The notes: a model not told the origin generated them from the letters alone. Positions 32,437-42,906 are shown, counted from the first letter of the stretch. The stretch is 53,776 bases of DNA from Magnetococcales bacterium (GCA_002689455.1 NZGE01000015.1:1-53776); one strand, 5' to 3'. Translations and numbers: made by a program.

Positions 32437-33426
32437 TTATATTTGTACAAACAATGGTTCGTGTAAGTTTGCCATTTGCTCTTTAAGGTCAAGCAAGTGA
32501 CGGTTCCAAAAATCAATATCTTGAAAAAATGGAAAACTGCGTGGAAAAGCTTTATCTTCCCACCTTTTAGAAATCCACGCCGTGTAATGAATCATACGCA
32601 ATGTACGAAGGGCTTCAACCAATTGAAGCTCACTGTAATCAAAGTCTCGAATTTGGGTATATCCCTCTAACAGCAAACCAAACTGCTTCGCCATTTCAGC
32701 CCTATCTCCATTAACGAACAACCATAAGTCTTGCACAGCAGGCCCACTCATAGAATCATCTAGGTCCACGAAGAAAATATCACCATTATCTAAAATATTC
32801 CCAAGGTGTGCGTCTCCGTGCAAACGAAGGTTAAACTGTCTATCACCCCAAATGGCGTCTAGATGGGTTAAAATATTTGTAACAGTTACATCGTAATTTG
32901 TTAACATATCCGCTGGTATGTGACCACTTTTGCGTAAGTGAACCAAATTGTCCCACCCCATAGACTTAACCGTAAGTGCAGGACGGTGGGAATAATGATC
33001 CCATGAACCAACGGTATGGATACGTGCAATTAAACGCCCCATATGACGAAAGTCTTCCTCTGTTTTTAGCTCAATGGAACGACCGCCACGTTTAGGATAA
33101 AGGCTAAACAAATAACCTTCATATTCAAATATAGTTTCACCATCAATTTCCATAGGTGCAACCACAGGCACTTCATGTTCTTCTAATTGTAAAGCAAATC
33201 GATGCTCTTCTAACAACTGGTCTTTGCTCCACCTAAAAGGGCGATAAAATTTTACAATAACATTTTCATGGTCTTCAATTCCTACATCATACACCCTATT
33301 TTCATAAGAATTTAATGTGAAAAAGTTCCCTGTACATTCAAAACCTAAAGACTCCACAGCGTTTAAAACCATCTCTGGAGAAAGGTTGCCATAAGGCTCG
33401 GAAATATTTAAAGCTTGTTTTTGCAT
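32437..33426 (-). CDS. srkA: Stress response Ser/Thr kinase SrkA (YihE/RdoA)
   Basis: LNSYENRVY, KFYRP, RLHGDAHLGN, VDLDD, GPAVQDLW, AFPRSFP. Confidence 0.93.
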   Translation of the reverse strand: MQKQALNISEPYGNLSPEMVLNAVESLGFECTGNFFTLNSYENRVYDVGIEDHENVIVKFYRPFRWSKDQLLEEHRFALQLEEHEVPVVAPMEIDGETIFEYEGYLFSLYPKRGGRSIELKTEEDFRHMGRLIARIHTVGSWDHYSHRPALTVKSMGWDNLVHLRKSGHIPADMLTNYDVTVTNILTHLDAIWGDRQFNLRLHGDAHLGNILDNGDIFFVDLDDSMSGPAVQDLWLFVNGDRAEMAKQFGLLLEGYTQIRDFDYSELQLVEALRTLRMIHYTAWISKRWEDKAFPRSFPFFQDIDFWNRHLLDLKEQMANLHEPLFVQI

Positions 33427-33527
33427 AGGTTACATCTTAGTCAGAATTCATAATTTTCACAAAAGATTAATGAAAACCATTTGCATTTGTTGTATTATAT
33501 TTAAGCATTAAATAATAAGGATATTCC

Positions 33528-34865
33528 ATGAAGGACTTTGCAAAATTACACCCACAGCTTAATGAACTTCTTTCACAAGTGTATGTATATTTTCCCGAAT
33601 TTACAAAATACAACAAGCAAATTGAAGCATTAACACCGTATGCCATTCAAGCATTTGCTATTTTTATTCTTTTTATTGTTGCCAAAGCACTTTCAAAAGG
33701 AACAAGCAACTTTGCCTTAAACCATAAAGCAACCTTTTTTAAATACTTAGGTGCCTTAAACACATCTAGTTTTGCTGTTGCGCTCTTATTACTTTTAAGT
33801 GCTACACTTAAATACATTGATTTTGGTGCCAGCTTAGTGGATGCATCCATTTTAATCCTAGCAATCCGCGCTTTACCAAACATGGTCAACCACACAAACC
33901 TAAAGGATGTTTCCAAAAGAAGGTTTGTTATTTTTGGATGGATTATTTTAGCCCTTTTACTCACCAAAAGCATGACCCCTATTATTGACTTTTTAGACAC
34001 TGCCAAATTCGGCGTAGGAGAAAAGAACATTTCTGTTTGGGCCATTATTAAAGCTGTTATTATTTTTGTGATGTTGATTTGGTCTGTTGGAAAAATCACA
34101 ACAATTGTTGAAAGAAACTACCTAAGGAACAACCGTAAAATTTCACCTTCTGCACGCACTTTAATTGTTAAAATAACCCATATTTCAGGGCTTGTTATTG
34201 CCTTTATGATGACCCTTGACATTATTGGTATAGACTTAGCAGCCTTTGCATTCTTTGGTGGTGCTTTAGGTATTGGTATTGGTTTTGGTTTACAAAAAGT
34301 TGTAGGTAACCTTATTAGTGGCATGATCCTTATTATGGATAAATCTATCAAGCCAGGTGATGTTATTACATTGGCTGATACATATGGTGAAGTAACCGCT
34401 TTACATGCCCGCTACGTTGTTGTGCGTAAGCGTAACGGCACAGAAGTTCTTATTCCCAACGAAACATTAATGACCAATGAAGTAATTAACTGGAGTTACG
34501 AAAACAAAAACGTACGTATTGTGGTTGAAGTGGGTGTTAGCTATGACAGTGACCTTGAACGTGTGCAACAAATTTTACACGATGTAGCCGTTGAATGCCC
34601 ACGCGTGCTAAACGAACCCGACCCGAAAGCCTTCATCACATCTTTTGGAGACAGCGGCATTAACTTTGAAATTCGCTTCTGGGTAAACGACCCTGAAGCA
34701 GGCATTGGTGCCATTCGTAGCGAGATTTTCATGCAGGTGTGGAAACGCTTTAAAGCTGAGGGCATTGAAATCCCATTCCCACAGCGTGTGGTGCATATGG
34801 CCGATGATACCAAAAAAGAAAAAGCACTTAAAACGCTTACCATCAAAACAGAAGGTGAAGCATAA
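33528..34865 (+). CDS. Small-conductance mechanosensitive channel (MscS family)
   Basis: GALGIGIGFGLQ, IKPGD, IPN, VGVSY, FGDSG, GIEIPFPQR. Confidence 0.95.
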   Translation: MKDFAKLHPQLNELLSQVYVYFPEFTKYNKQIEALTPYAIQAFAIFILFIVAKALSKGTSNFALNHKATFFKYLGALNTSSFAVALLLLLSATLKYIDFGASLVDASILILAIRALPNMVNHTNLKDVSKRRFVIFGWIILALLLTKSMTPIIDFLDTAKFGVGEKNISVWAIIKAVIIFVMLIWSVGKITTIVERNYLRNNRKISPSARTLIVKITHISGLVIAFMMTLDIIGIDLAAFAFFGGALGIGIGFGLQKVVGNLISGMILIMDKSIKPGDVITLADTYGEVTALHARYVVVRKRNGTEVLIPNETLMTNEVINWSYENKNVRIVVEVGVSYDSDLERVQQILHDVAVECPRVLNEPDPKAFITSFGDSGINFEIRFWVNDPEAGIGAIRSEIFMQVWKRFKAEGIEIPFPQRVVHMADDTKKEKALKTLTIKTEGEA

Positions 34866-34866
34866 A

Positions 34867-34892
34867 AAAAGCCCTCCACATGGAGGGCTTTT
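34867..34892. terminator. Bidirectional terminator
   Basis: AAAAGCCCTCCA-CA-TGGAGGGCTTTT. Confidence 0.8.
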
Positions 34893-34911
34893 CATTCGAT
34901 GGCTTAAACCT

Positions 34912-35340
34912 TTAAAACCAAGGTTTTCTTTTGACATACGTGTAAAACTCTTTTATTTCTGCGCGCCATGTGTACATGTAAAAGGCAATACAACTCCATA
35001 CGACCAGGTGAGCAATTGATATCCGAAAGTCAAATATAGTATCAAAAATAAAGCTCAAAGATAAAACTGTCATAATGCACTGCAATATAACCGAAAAAAG
35101 ATAAAACTTGCACCCTATTGCATAAAGCATTAGCTCTCGCCTGCAACACTGTACAAAAATTAAGAAGATACTCATTAATGACAAGAATGTCGCAATATTG
35201 GTCAAACTCAAGACAAGCAAAACTGCGTTAATAATGCTGTTGTTAAACGCAATTTGTTCTTTCTGCTCTTCCGTCTCTGGGAAGTTCCAGCGCAATTCGC
35301 CAGTGAATGTTTTATCAGTAAATGGAATTTTAATTTCCAT
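34912..35340 (-). CDS. Hypothetical membrane protein
   Basis: Strong AGGAGG SD; several hydrophobic helices. Confidence 0.75.
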   Translation of the reverse strand: MEIKIPFTDKTFTGELRWNFPETEEQKEQIAFNNSIINAVLLVLSLTNIATFLSLMSIFLIFVQCCRRELMLYAIGCKFYLFSVILQCIMTVLSLSFIFDTIFDFRISIAHLVVWSCIAFYMYTWRAEIKEFYTYVKRKPWF

Positions 35341-35497
35341 GATATTCCTCCTAAAGGAAAAAAGGGAATAATGTGAATATATCCAATATTATGTAAGCAT
35401 AAACACCCTTTATTTCAACATCCTAACAACAATTAAAAGCACAATGTATACATGTGGTATATTTATTTAGACAAAAAAACATCACACCCACCCTATA

Positions 35498-35526
35498 TTG
35501 TGTTTTTTTGTGTTGATGAATACAAT
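35498..35526 (+). promoter_or_regulatory. Putative sigma70 promoter for candidate ncRNA
   Basis: TTGTGT-17 bp-TACAAT; overlapped by an 11-bp inverted repeat (35471-35481 / 35501-35511). Confidence 0.5.
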
Positions 35527-35532
35527 TTATTA

Positions 35533-35794
35533 AGGGATAATTCACTTACCTTATCGGGTGATTGCGATGACCTGAGCTCACGTTTCGAAGCTCATTATCT
35601 GTTTATACGTTCTGGATTAAACCTGCAAAAATAATAATAAAAATTAACGTTTGTAGGCTGTAAAGCATAAATGTAATAATAATAAAAACATTTGAAACAC
35701 CTATGAGAATAGGTTTGAGGGAAGCTTTATAGAAAACCAACTTCAAGCGACTTAAAGGAATCACTTTTACCCAGAAAAAAAGTGGTTCTTTTTT
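35533..35794 (+). ncRNA. Candidate structured non-coding RNA (~260 nt), family not recognised
   Basis: Upstream promoter, multiple stems with plus-strand G-U pairs, two AATAATAATAAAAA loops, GAGA tetraloop, U-tailed terminator; no credible ORF. Confidence 0.55.
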
Positions 35795-36152
35795 ATTTTC
35801 CTTTAGGCGTACCTTGATGAAAAATTATCTGCCATTTACCACCTTCAAACTTCCATAAAGAACTGCGAAGAGCTTCTTTTACAATATTCTTTTTTATATC
35901 AGTTGTTTTAGTTTCAAACAAAACCCGTACCAAACCCTCTGTCAAAACTTTCACAGAAAAGTTAAAAGCTTCAATATCCACAGTTTTCGAGGTACTTAAT
36001 CCCTTTAAAGCGTCTAACTTTTTATATGTCGTACCACTTTGTGTAATCTCCATAAAATCGTCGTGTAAAAGCTCATTTAATTTTTCACGCGACATACGAA
36101 TTTCATCGATTATCAGCTCTTTTTAAAGATCAATAAACTTCTGCATTTCCAT
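35793..36152 (-). pseudogene. DUF4440/NTF2-like protein interrupted by in-frame TAA
   Basis: GAGGGAG SD then MEMQKFIDL*KELIIDEIRMSREKLNELLHDDF...RSSLW...WQIIFHQGT; stop at 36123-36125. Confidence 0.75.
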
Positions 36153-36254
36153 TTTGAACTCTCCCTCATCTTATAAAGGCATTATATAACAATGTATATA
36201 AAACTGATAAATGGTAATTGCTATAAATTGAACACCTAAGGATTTTATAAATGA

Positions 36255-39200
36255 TTAGAGAATCTCAACACCTGCGATAGATTCCAGCTGATACATCAAA
36301 CGCTTACCTGCTTGTACAGGACGGTTTAAACCAACCACCACCTCACCAACATTCGGTGCATTGTAAGTAACCTTACACTCTGTTTGACCACTTTCTTGCC
36401 CTGCCCAAATTTCCTTTAGTTTTTCAATTGCACTTACATCTTTAAGGTGAATGTGCAATGAATTTTCTGAAGAAAGTGTACTTTCAAGGTCTGACATATC
36501 TTCCACATTCATGCGTACACGCTCCCCATCCACACCAAGTGAAATTTTCATAAAGACAGGGCGTCCCTTATCAATTGTTTCTTCAAACTTAATATAATCT
36601 TTCGGGAACACAGCCACCTCTTCTTGCCCTGATGTATCAGAAATAAGAAGAATCGCCATACGGTCGCCACGTTTGGTTTTAAGCTCACGTTTTTCGTGAA
36701 TAATAGCCGCAATTTTTGCTTTTTTAATATCATCTAAAGCAAGGGCATTCAAGTTTGCGACTTCCTTTAAATCTCGCTTCGCGCGAAGTTCGGCATCATA
36801 AATATTTAATGGATGTGAAGACAAATAAAAACCAATAGCTTGCTGTTCCCTATCCAAAGCTTCAAACGGGTCCCATTTATCCACATCTAAGCGTAGTTTC
36901 GGACGCTCCAATATCACTTCACCACCACCAAACAAGCCAATTTGGTCACTGTTTTTTTCTTTATGGTAGGTTTGCATATAAGCCAGTAAAATATCGGTAT
37001 TTTTAAACAACACTGAACGCTCATAGCCCATCGCATCGAAAGCACCTGCTTTAATAAGAACTTCCAACTGCCTGCGGTTCATATACTCAGGTGGAATACG
37101 TTCCATAAAATCATAAATGTCTTTATACTCACCGTTTTCTTGACGCTCTTTTTCAATAAACGCAACAGCGTCTTCACCACTTCCCTTTAATGCCGCAAGT
37201 GCAAAGCGAACAGAATCACCATTTTCAACACGAAACTCTAGACCAGACTTATTAATATCAGGGTTTAGAAGCGGCACTTTCATACGTTCTAGTTCACGTT
37301 TAAACTTAAGAACCTTATCGCTGTTACCACGGTCAAGCGTCATGGAAGCTGCCATAAATTCAAGCGGAAAATGTGCTTTTAAATAAGCCGTTTGATACGA
37401 CACCCACCCATAAGCAACGGTGTGCGCTTTGTTAAAACCATAACCCGCAAAGTTAGCCATTAGGTCGAAAATAGCGTCAGATTCTTCGCGCTTTAAATTA
37501 TGTAACTTTGCAGATCCTTCAGCAAAAATTTCACGGTGTTTTGCCATTTCAGATGGTTTTTTCTTACCCATAGCACGGCGCAACATATCGGCCCCACCAA
37601 GGCTGTAACCTGCCATAACCTGCGCCATACGCATCACTTGCTCTTGATAAACAGGCACACCGAATGTTTCACCAAGAATCGGTTCTAACGCTGGGTGTGG
37701 GTATTTAGCCTCCTGCCTACCGTGCCTACATTCAATAAAGTCATCTGTCATACCTGACTCTAAAGGTCCCGGCCTGTAAAGTGCTACAACATCTGAAAGG
37801 TATGAGAATTTATCAGGTTCCATACGTACAAGGAAGTCTTTCATCCCTTTACTTTCCACCTGAAACACACCAATTGTATGCCCAGCTTTTAACAGGTCGA
37901 AAGTTGCCTTATCTTCCATAGAAATAAGGTTGATATCGAAGTTATATTCAGGTTCGTCGCCACGTTCACGAATAAAGCGCATGGCTGTTTGAATAACGGT
38001 TAACGTTTTAAGCCCCAAGAAATCAAACTTTACAAGCCCCGCAGGTTCAGCGTCATTCATATTTAACTGAATAGCTGGCATTGGAGATGACGGATCTTTA
38101 TAAAGCGGGCAAATTTCGTCAATAGAACGGTCTGCAATAATAACACCGGCTGCATGGAGTGATGTATGACGGTAAGCCCCTTCTAACTGCATGGCAGTAT
38201 CAAGAACGGCTTTAATATCTTCATCATCATCGTAAAGGGCACGTAAGCGTTCATCATCTTCCATTACACCTTCAATGGTAAAGTTCCCCGGTCCTTCTGG
38301 TACAAAAGCTGCCACACGGTTAACCTGTGAATAAGGCATTTCCATCACACGCCCTACATCACGAATACAAGCCTTTGCTTTCAGAGTACCGAAAGTTACA
38401 ATTTGCGATACTGCTGGGTCGCCATATTTTCGGCGCACATAGTCAATCACCTCACCACGACGATCACGACAAAAATCAATATCAAAATCGGGCATAGAAA
38501 CACGTTCTGGATTCAAGAAACGTTCAAAATACAAATCAAATGGAATAGGGTCAATGTCGGTAATATCTAAACACCAAGCCACCAAAGACCCCGCACCAGA
38601 ACCACGCCCTGGCCCAACTGGAATGTCATTTTTTTTAGCCCAGCGAATAAAGTCGGAAGTAATTAAAAAGTAACCTGGGAAACCCATGCCCGTAATAATG
38701 CCAATTTCATAGTCTAATCGCTCATTATATTCTTTCCATTTTGCTTCAATTTCCTCTTCACCATCGCAGGTTGGTTTAACAAAAGTTTCAAAGCGGGGTT
38801 TCAAACCTTCTTTGGCTTCATCAATCATAATTTGGTCAACGGTGCGTTCATCGCCATCTTCTTTAAACCATTGCGGCATATAATATGTACCTAGCGGCAC
38901 TTTAAAGGCACAACGCTTCGCAATTTCTAAGGTGTTTTCTGTTGCTTCAGGCAGGTCCTTAAAAAGTTCCAGCATCTCTTCTGGTGACTTGAAGTAATGT
39001 TCAGCTGTAAATTTACGGCGGTTTGGATTGGAAACCGTTGTTCCATCCCCAATGCCCAACATAACATTAAAAGCCTCTTCGTTTTCCTTTTTCAAAAAGC
39101 GAACATCGTTGGTGGCAACAAGTGGAATATTATGTTGATATGCCCAGTCTAACAGATATGGTTCAGCCTTTATTTCTTCTTCCATACCATGACGTTGAAG

Positions 39201-39752
39201 CTCTATATACAATCGGTTTTTATCGAAAATACTTTTTAAAGTTTGAATAAATTTTTCAGCATTTTCAAACTGGTCTTTACCAATAAGCTTACCTACAAAA
39301 CCTTCACGTGCACTGGCTGTTAAACAAATAAGGCCTTCAGAATATTGCTTTAAAGTTTTAATTGAAATTTGAGGCGTGCCCAACTTATCCCCATTTAAAG
39401 AACCAATAGAAGAAATTTTTGTTAAGTTACGCCAACCTTTTTCATTTTGAATAAGAAGGGTAATAAGGCCTGTTTCAGCAACCAACTGGTTTGGGTCGTC
39501 TTTTTCCATGGTAATGGAAACACCAGAACCAATAATTGGTTGCACGCCAAAATCTGGAATTTTTTCACCGATTTCAACCGAACCGAACAAGTTATTTGTA
39601 TCTGCCACACCAATAGCAGGCATGCTATATTCAGCCGCTTTTTTACCAAGCGCTTTAACCGAAGGAATAGCTTCTAACAAAGAATAGCTAGAATGTGCAT
39701 TTAAATGCACAAATTTTGCCATTGGTGGTTTCGGTGTCGTTTCATCACTCAT
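36255..39752 (-). CDS. dnaE: DNA polymerase III alpha subunit
   Basis: PHP domain, GPGRGSGAGS, PDFDIDF, KFDFLGL, YGFNKAH, OB fold. Confidence 0.99.
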   Translation of the reverse strand: MSDETTPKPPMAKFVHLNAHSSYSLLEAIPSVKALGKKAAEYSMPAIGVADTNNLFGSVEIGEKIPDFGVQPIIGSGVSITMEKDDPNQLVAETGLITLLIQNEKGWRNLTKISSIGSLNGDKLGTPQISIKTLKQYSEGLICLTASAREGFVGKLIGKDQFENAEKFIQTLKSIFDKNRLYIELQRHGMEEEIKAEPYLLDWAYQHNIPLVATNDVRFLKKENEEAFNVMLGIGDGTTVSNPNRRKFTAEHYFKSPEEMLELFKDLPEATENTLEIAKRCAFKVPLGTYYMPQWFKEDGDERTVDQIMIDEAKEGLKPRFETFVKPTCDGEEEIEAKWKEYNERLDYEIGIITGMGFPGYFLITSDFIRWAKKNDIPVGPGRGSGAGSLVAWCLDITDIDPIPFDLYFERFLNPERVSMPDFDIDFCRDRRGEVIDYVRRKYGDPAVSQIVTFGTLKAKACIRDVGRVMEMPYSQVNRVAAFVPEGPGNFTIEGVMEDDERLRALYDDDEDIKAVLDTAMQLEGAYRHTSLHAAGVIIADRSIDEICPLYKDPSSPMPAIQLNMNDAEPAGLVKFDFLGLKTLTVIQTAMRFIRERGDEPEYNFDINLISMEDKATFDLLKAGHTIGVFQVESKGMKDFLVRMEPDKFSYLSDVVALYRPGPLESGMTDDFIECRHGRQEAKYPHPALEPILGETFGVPVYQEQVMRMAQVMAGYSLGGADMLRRAMGKKKPSEMAKHREIFAEGSAKLHNLKREESDAIFDLMANFAGYGFNKAHTVAYGWVSYQTAYLKAHFPLEFMAASMTLDRGNSDKVLKFKRELERMKVPLLNPDINKSGLEFRVENGDSVRFALAALKGSGEDAVAFIEKERQENGEYKDIYDFMERIPPEYMNRRQLEVLIKAGAFDAMGYERSVLFKNTDILLAYMQTYHKEKNSDQIGLFGGGEVILERPKLRLDVDKWDPFEALDREQQAIGFYLSSHPLNIYDAELRAKRDLKEVANLNALALDDIKKAKIAAIIHEKRELKTKRGDRMAILLISDTSGQEEVAVFPKDYIKFEETIDKGRPVFMKISLGVDGERVRMNVEDMSDLESTLSSENSLHIHLKDVSAIEKLKEIWAGQESGQTECKVTYNAPNVGEVVVGLNRPVQAGKRLMYQLESIAGVEIL

Positions 39753-40422
39753 GACTTAACACACCTTTTTCCATGGTAAACACTTTATCCATCCCCTTAG
39801 CCATTTCATGGTTGTGCGTAACCATTAAAATAGAAAGACCTTCTGCATCCACCAAGCCCTTCAACAGTTTTGAAACGTCCATTGCTGTTTGCGGGTCAAG
39901 GTTACCTGTGGGTTCATCTGCAAGCAAAAGCATAGGCTTATTCATTAACGCACGAGCAATAGCTACACGCTGTTGTTCACCGCCACTCATTTGTGAAGGA
40001 AAATGACCTTGACGATCCAAAAGCCCAACCTTTTCAAGTAAGGACAATGCATACTCTTTATCCTCAGGTGACACTCGTCCTTTAATTTTAGCAGGAATAA
40101 GCACATTTTCCAGTGCTGTAAAATCGCCAAGTAAATGATGACTTTGATAAACGAAACCAAATTTTTCCAGACGCACATTTGACTTTTCGCGGTCGGACAT
40201 TTTAGAAGCATCTAAACCTTCCACATAAATGTCGCCCGATGTAGGGGAGTCAAGAAGACCAGCAATTTGTAAAAATGTACTTTTACCGCTTCCGCTTTGA
40301 CCAATAATGGCAATTTGTTCACCCTTACCAACCGTAAGGTTCACACCCTCAAGCACATTTAAAGTTTCAGCGCCCGAAGTAAAGGACTTATGTAAGTTTT
40401 CAATTTTTAAAAGGTTACTCAC
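39745..40422 (-). CDS. lolD: Lipoprotein-releasing ABC transporter ATP-binding protein
   Basis: GQSGSGKS, GFVYQSHHLL, MSGGEQQRVA, ADEPTGNLD; GTG start at 40422 with GGAGG SD. Confidence 0.93.
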   Translation of the reverse strand: MSNLLKIENLHKSFTSGAETLNVLEGVNLTVGKGEQIAIIGQSGSGKSTFLQIAGLLDSPTSGDIYVEGLDASKMSDREKSNVRLEKFGFVYQSHHLLGDFTALENVLIPAKIKGRVSPEDKEYALSLLEKVGLLDRQGHFPSQMSGGEQQRVAIARALMNKPMLLLADEPTGNLDPQTAMDVSKLLKGLVDAEGLSILMVTHNHEMAKGMDKVFTMEKGVLSHE

Positions 40423-41650
40423 TACGCAACACCTCCACAGGGTCAAGTTTTGCAGCACGGCGCGCAGGCTCTAAAGCGGCAGCCACAGAAAGAACCATTG
40501 AAATAATAATTGTTAATCCAATATCGTTCCAATTAACAGCGGTTGGTAGTTCTTCTAAAAAGTAAGCTTCCCCACTGAAAATAGAAACTCCGAAAATGCC
40601 CTCTAAAACGCTTACAATGCTTTGCAAGTTATAAACAATAACCAAGCCCGAAACAACGCCAAGGGTTGTACCAATAAGCCCAATAATAGAACCGCCAAAT
40701 GCAAACACTTTTAAAATATCGTGCTTACCAGCCCCCATACTTCTTAAAATAGCAATTTCACCACGCTTGCCGTTTACGCTCATCATTTGACCTGTTAAAA
40801 CATTAAAAGATGCAAGCGCAACCAAGAGCGATAGAATAATAAACATTGAGACCTTTTCAACCTCTAGGGCTTCAAAGAACTGCTGGTTGCTGTCCTTCCA
40901 AGTCATCACATAAGCGCTTGGATTTCCAATTTCCCTTTCAAGCAATGCACGGTACGTTGAAATTTTCATCGGGTCAGTAACCTTTAGTTCAATTCCTGTT
41001 ACGTTATCCCCCATTTTAAGGAATTTTTGTGCTGTGGGCATGGACGTGTAAACCCACGTTTCATTGTAAAGATTCATCCCAACATCATAAACTGCAACAA
41101 CTTTAACTTTAACCATACGCGGAATAAAACCAAATGGCGTGGTAGAGCCTTGTGGCGCCACCAAGTTAATAACAGAGCCAACACCGGCTTGAATTTTATG
41201 GGACAATTCTTTACCAATTGCAATGGTATTCATTTCTGAAAGCTTTGAAAGGTCTCCCGCCAGTAAAAAATTATCTTTAAAGACAAAGTTTTTACGTTTT
41301 TCAGGGTCAATTCCACGTAGTAAAACACCAGAAGCGGAACCACGATTCATAACCAACGCTTGTCCTTGAACAAAAACCTCAGCTTTTTGTGTAAAATCTA
41401 ATTTTTCCAAACCAGTGGCAAGTTTTTCAGCTTCTGCTGTTTGAGCATAAGGAACATGCGCTGTGGCATGCCCACTCATCCCCAAAATTTTACCCATTAA
41501 CTCCCCACGAAATCCATTCATAACCGACATAACAATAATAAGTGCAGCAACACCCAAAGTAATACCAATGAGTGAGAATGTTGACACAACCGATACAAAC
41601 CCCTTACGAGCCCTAAAGTATCGCCATGCCATGTAGGTGTGAAATGACAT
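40415..41650 (-). CDS. lolE: Lipoprotein-releasing ABC transporter permease (LolC/E family)
   Basis: GVAALIIVMSVMNGF, EIAILRSMGA, PARRAAKLDPVEVLR. Confidence 0.9.
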   Translation of the reverse strand: MSFHTYMAWRYFRARKGFVSVVSTFSLIGITLGVAALIIVMSVMNGFRGELMGKILGMSGHATAHVPYAQTAEAEKLATGLEKLDFTQKAEVFVQGQALVMNRGSASGVLLRGIDPEKRKNFVFKDNFLLAGDLSKLSEMNTIAIGKELSHKIQAGVGSVINLVAPQGSTTPFGFIPRMVKVKVVAVYDVGMNLYNETWVYTSMPTAQKFLKMGDNVTGIELKVTDPMKISTYRALLEREIGNPSAYVMTWKDSNQQFFEALEVEKVSMFIILSLLVALASFNVLTGQMMSVNGKRGEIAILRSMGAGKHDILKVFAFGGSIIGLIGTTLGVVSGLVIVYNLQSIVSVLEGIFGVSIFSGEAYFLEELPTAVNWNDIGLTIIISMVLSVAAALEPARRAAKLDPVEVLRSE

Positions 41651-42906
41651 TAAGCCGCTTTACCTATAGTTACAGTAAAAGATTGTGGTAATTCCCCAAG
41701 TGGTAGTTCCATTTTTTCACCTGTTTTACGATTCTTCCATTCCATAACGCCATTTTCAAGCCCTTTTGGCCCAATAACACATTGCCAAGGTAAACCAATA
41801 AGATCCATTTCATTAAACTTTTGACCTGGCGAAACATCACGGTCATCTAATAAAACTTCAATACCTTGAGATTGCAAGTCGGCATATAGCTTTTCAGCGG
41901 CTTCCTTAACATCGTCGTTTTTCATTTTCATTGCAATGATACCCACTTTAAACGGCGCAATTGAATCTGGCCAAACAATACCATTTTCATCGAAGTTTTG
42001 TTCAATAGCTGCCGCTACTAAACGAGAAACACCAATACCATAGCACCCCATTACAACGGGAACAGGTTTACCGTCTTGAGCAACAACTGTTGCGTTCATT
42101 GGTTTAGAATAAACATCTTCAAGCAAGAAAATGTGCCCTACTTCAATACCTTTTTTCTGTTCAAGCTGATCTTTAGGTTTTGGTGCTTCGGCTTCAACAT
42201 ATTTTTCAACGTTTACAGCATAGTCACCTGTTGGGTCGAACAATAAATCATCTTCACCTGTTTCCGCCAAAACGTGAAACTCGTGTGAGTAATTACCGCC
42301 AATAGCACCTGTATCGGCTAAAACTTGACGATACTCCAAGCCTAAACGTTTAAAAATAGCATGATAAGCTAAACGCATTTTTTCATATGACTCTAATGCA
42401 CTTTCGCGGCTAACATCAAAGCTGTAGCAGTCTTTCATCATAAATTCACGGCCACGCATTAAACCAAAACGCGGACGAATTTCATCGCGGAATTTCGTTT
42501 GAATTTGATAAAGCATTACAGGTAACTGCTTGTAGCTTTGAATGTTATTACGGTACAGGTCTGTCACCACTTCTTCGTGTGTTGGGCCAAGGCAGAAATC
42601 ACGGTCGTGACGGTCCTTAATGCGGCAAAGTTCTGCGTCCATTTTATCCCAACGGCCTGTTTCTTGCCAAAATTCAGCAGGTTGAATCATTGGCATCAAA
42701 ATTTCTTGTGCGCCTGCACGGTTCATTTCTTCACGCACTATATTTTGAACATTTTGTAAAACTTTTAAACCAAGCGGCAACCAGTTATAAACACCACTTG
42801 TTACTTGACGGATCATACCCGCACGCAGTAGTAAACGATGCGACGGAACCTGAGCCTCAGCTGGGTTTTCTTTTAAAGTTGGTAAAAATGTTTGTGAAAG
42901 GCGCAT
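41650..42906 (-). CDS. proS: Proline--tRNA ligase (short form without editing insertion)
   Basis: [50 protein letters not shown]. Confidence 0.98.
   Translation of the reverse strand: MRLSQTFLPTLKENPAEAQVPSHRLLLRAGMIRQVTSGVYNWLPLGLKVLQNVQNIVREEMNRAGAQEILMPMIQPAEFWQETGRWDKMDAELCRIKDRHDRDFCLGPTHEEVVTDLYRNNIQSYKQLPVMLYQIQTKFRDEIRPRFGLMRGREFMMKDCYSFDVSRESALESYEKMRLAYHAIFKRLGLEYRQVLADTGAIGGNYSHEFHVLAETGEDDLLFDPTGDYAVNVEKYVEAEAPKPKDQLEQKKGIEVGHIFLLEDVYSKPMNATVVAQDGKPVPVVMGCYGIGVSRLVAAAIEQNFDENGIVWPDSIAPFKVGIIAMKMKNDDVKEAAEKLYADLQSQGIEVLLDDRDVSPGQKFNEMDLIGLPWQCVIGPKGLENGVMEWKNRKTGEKMELPLGELPQSFTVTIGKAA

Noticed and set aside
35452-35634. 60-aa ORF in the candidate ncRNA region
   Set aside because: No SD, unprotein-like composition, and it starts upstream of the predicted promoter.
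35533-35794. tmRNA, hammerhead ribozyme or SAM riboswitch
   Set aside because: No T-arm/CCA acceptor, no CUGAUGA...GAAA core, and no downstream same-strand gene to regulate.
41650-42906. Truncated proS
   Set aside because: Short ProRS lacking the INS editing domain is normal in Alphaproteobacteria.
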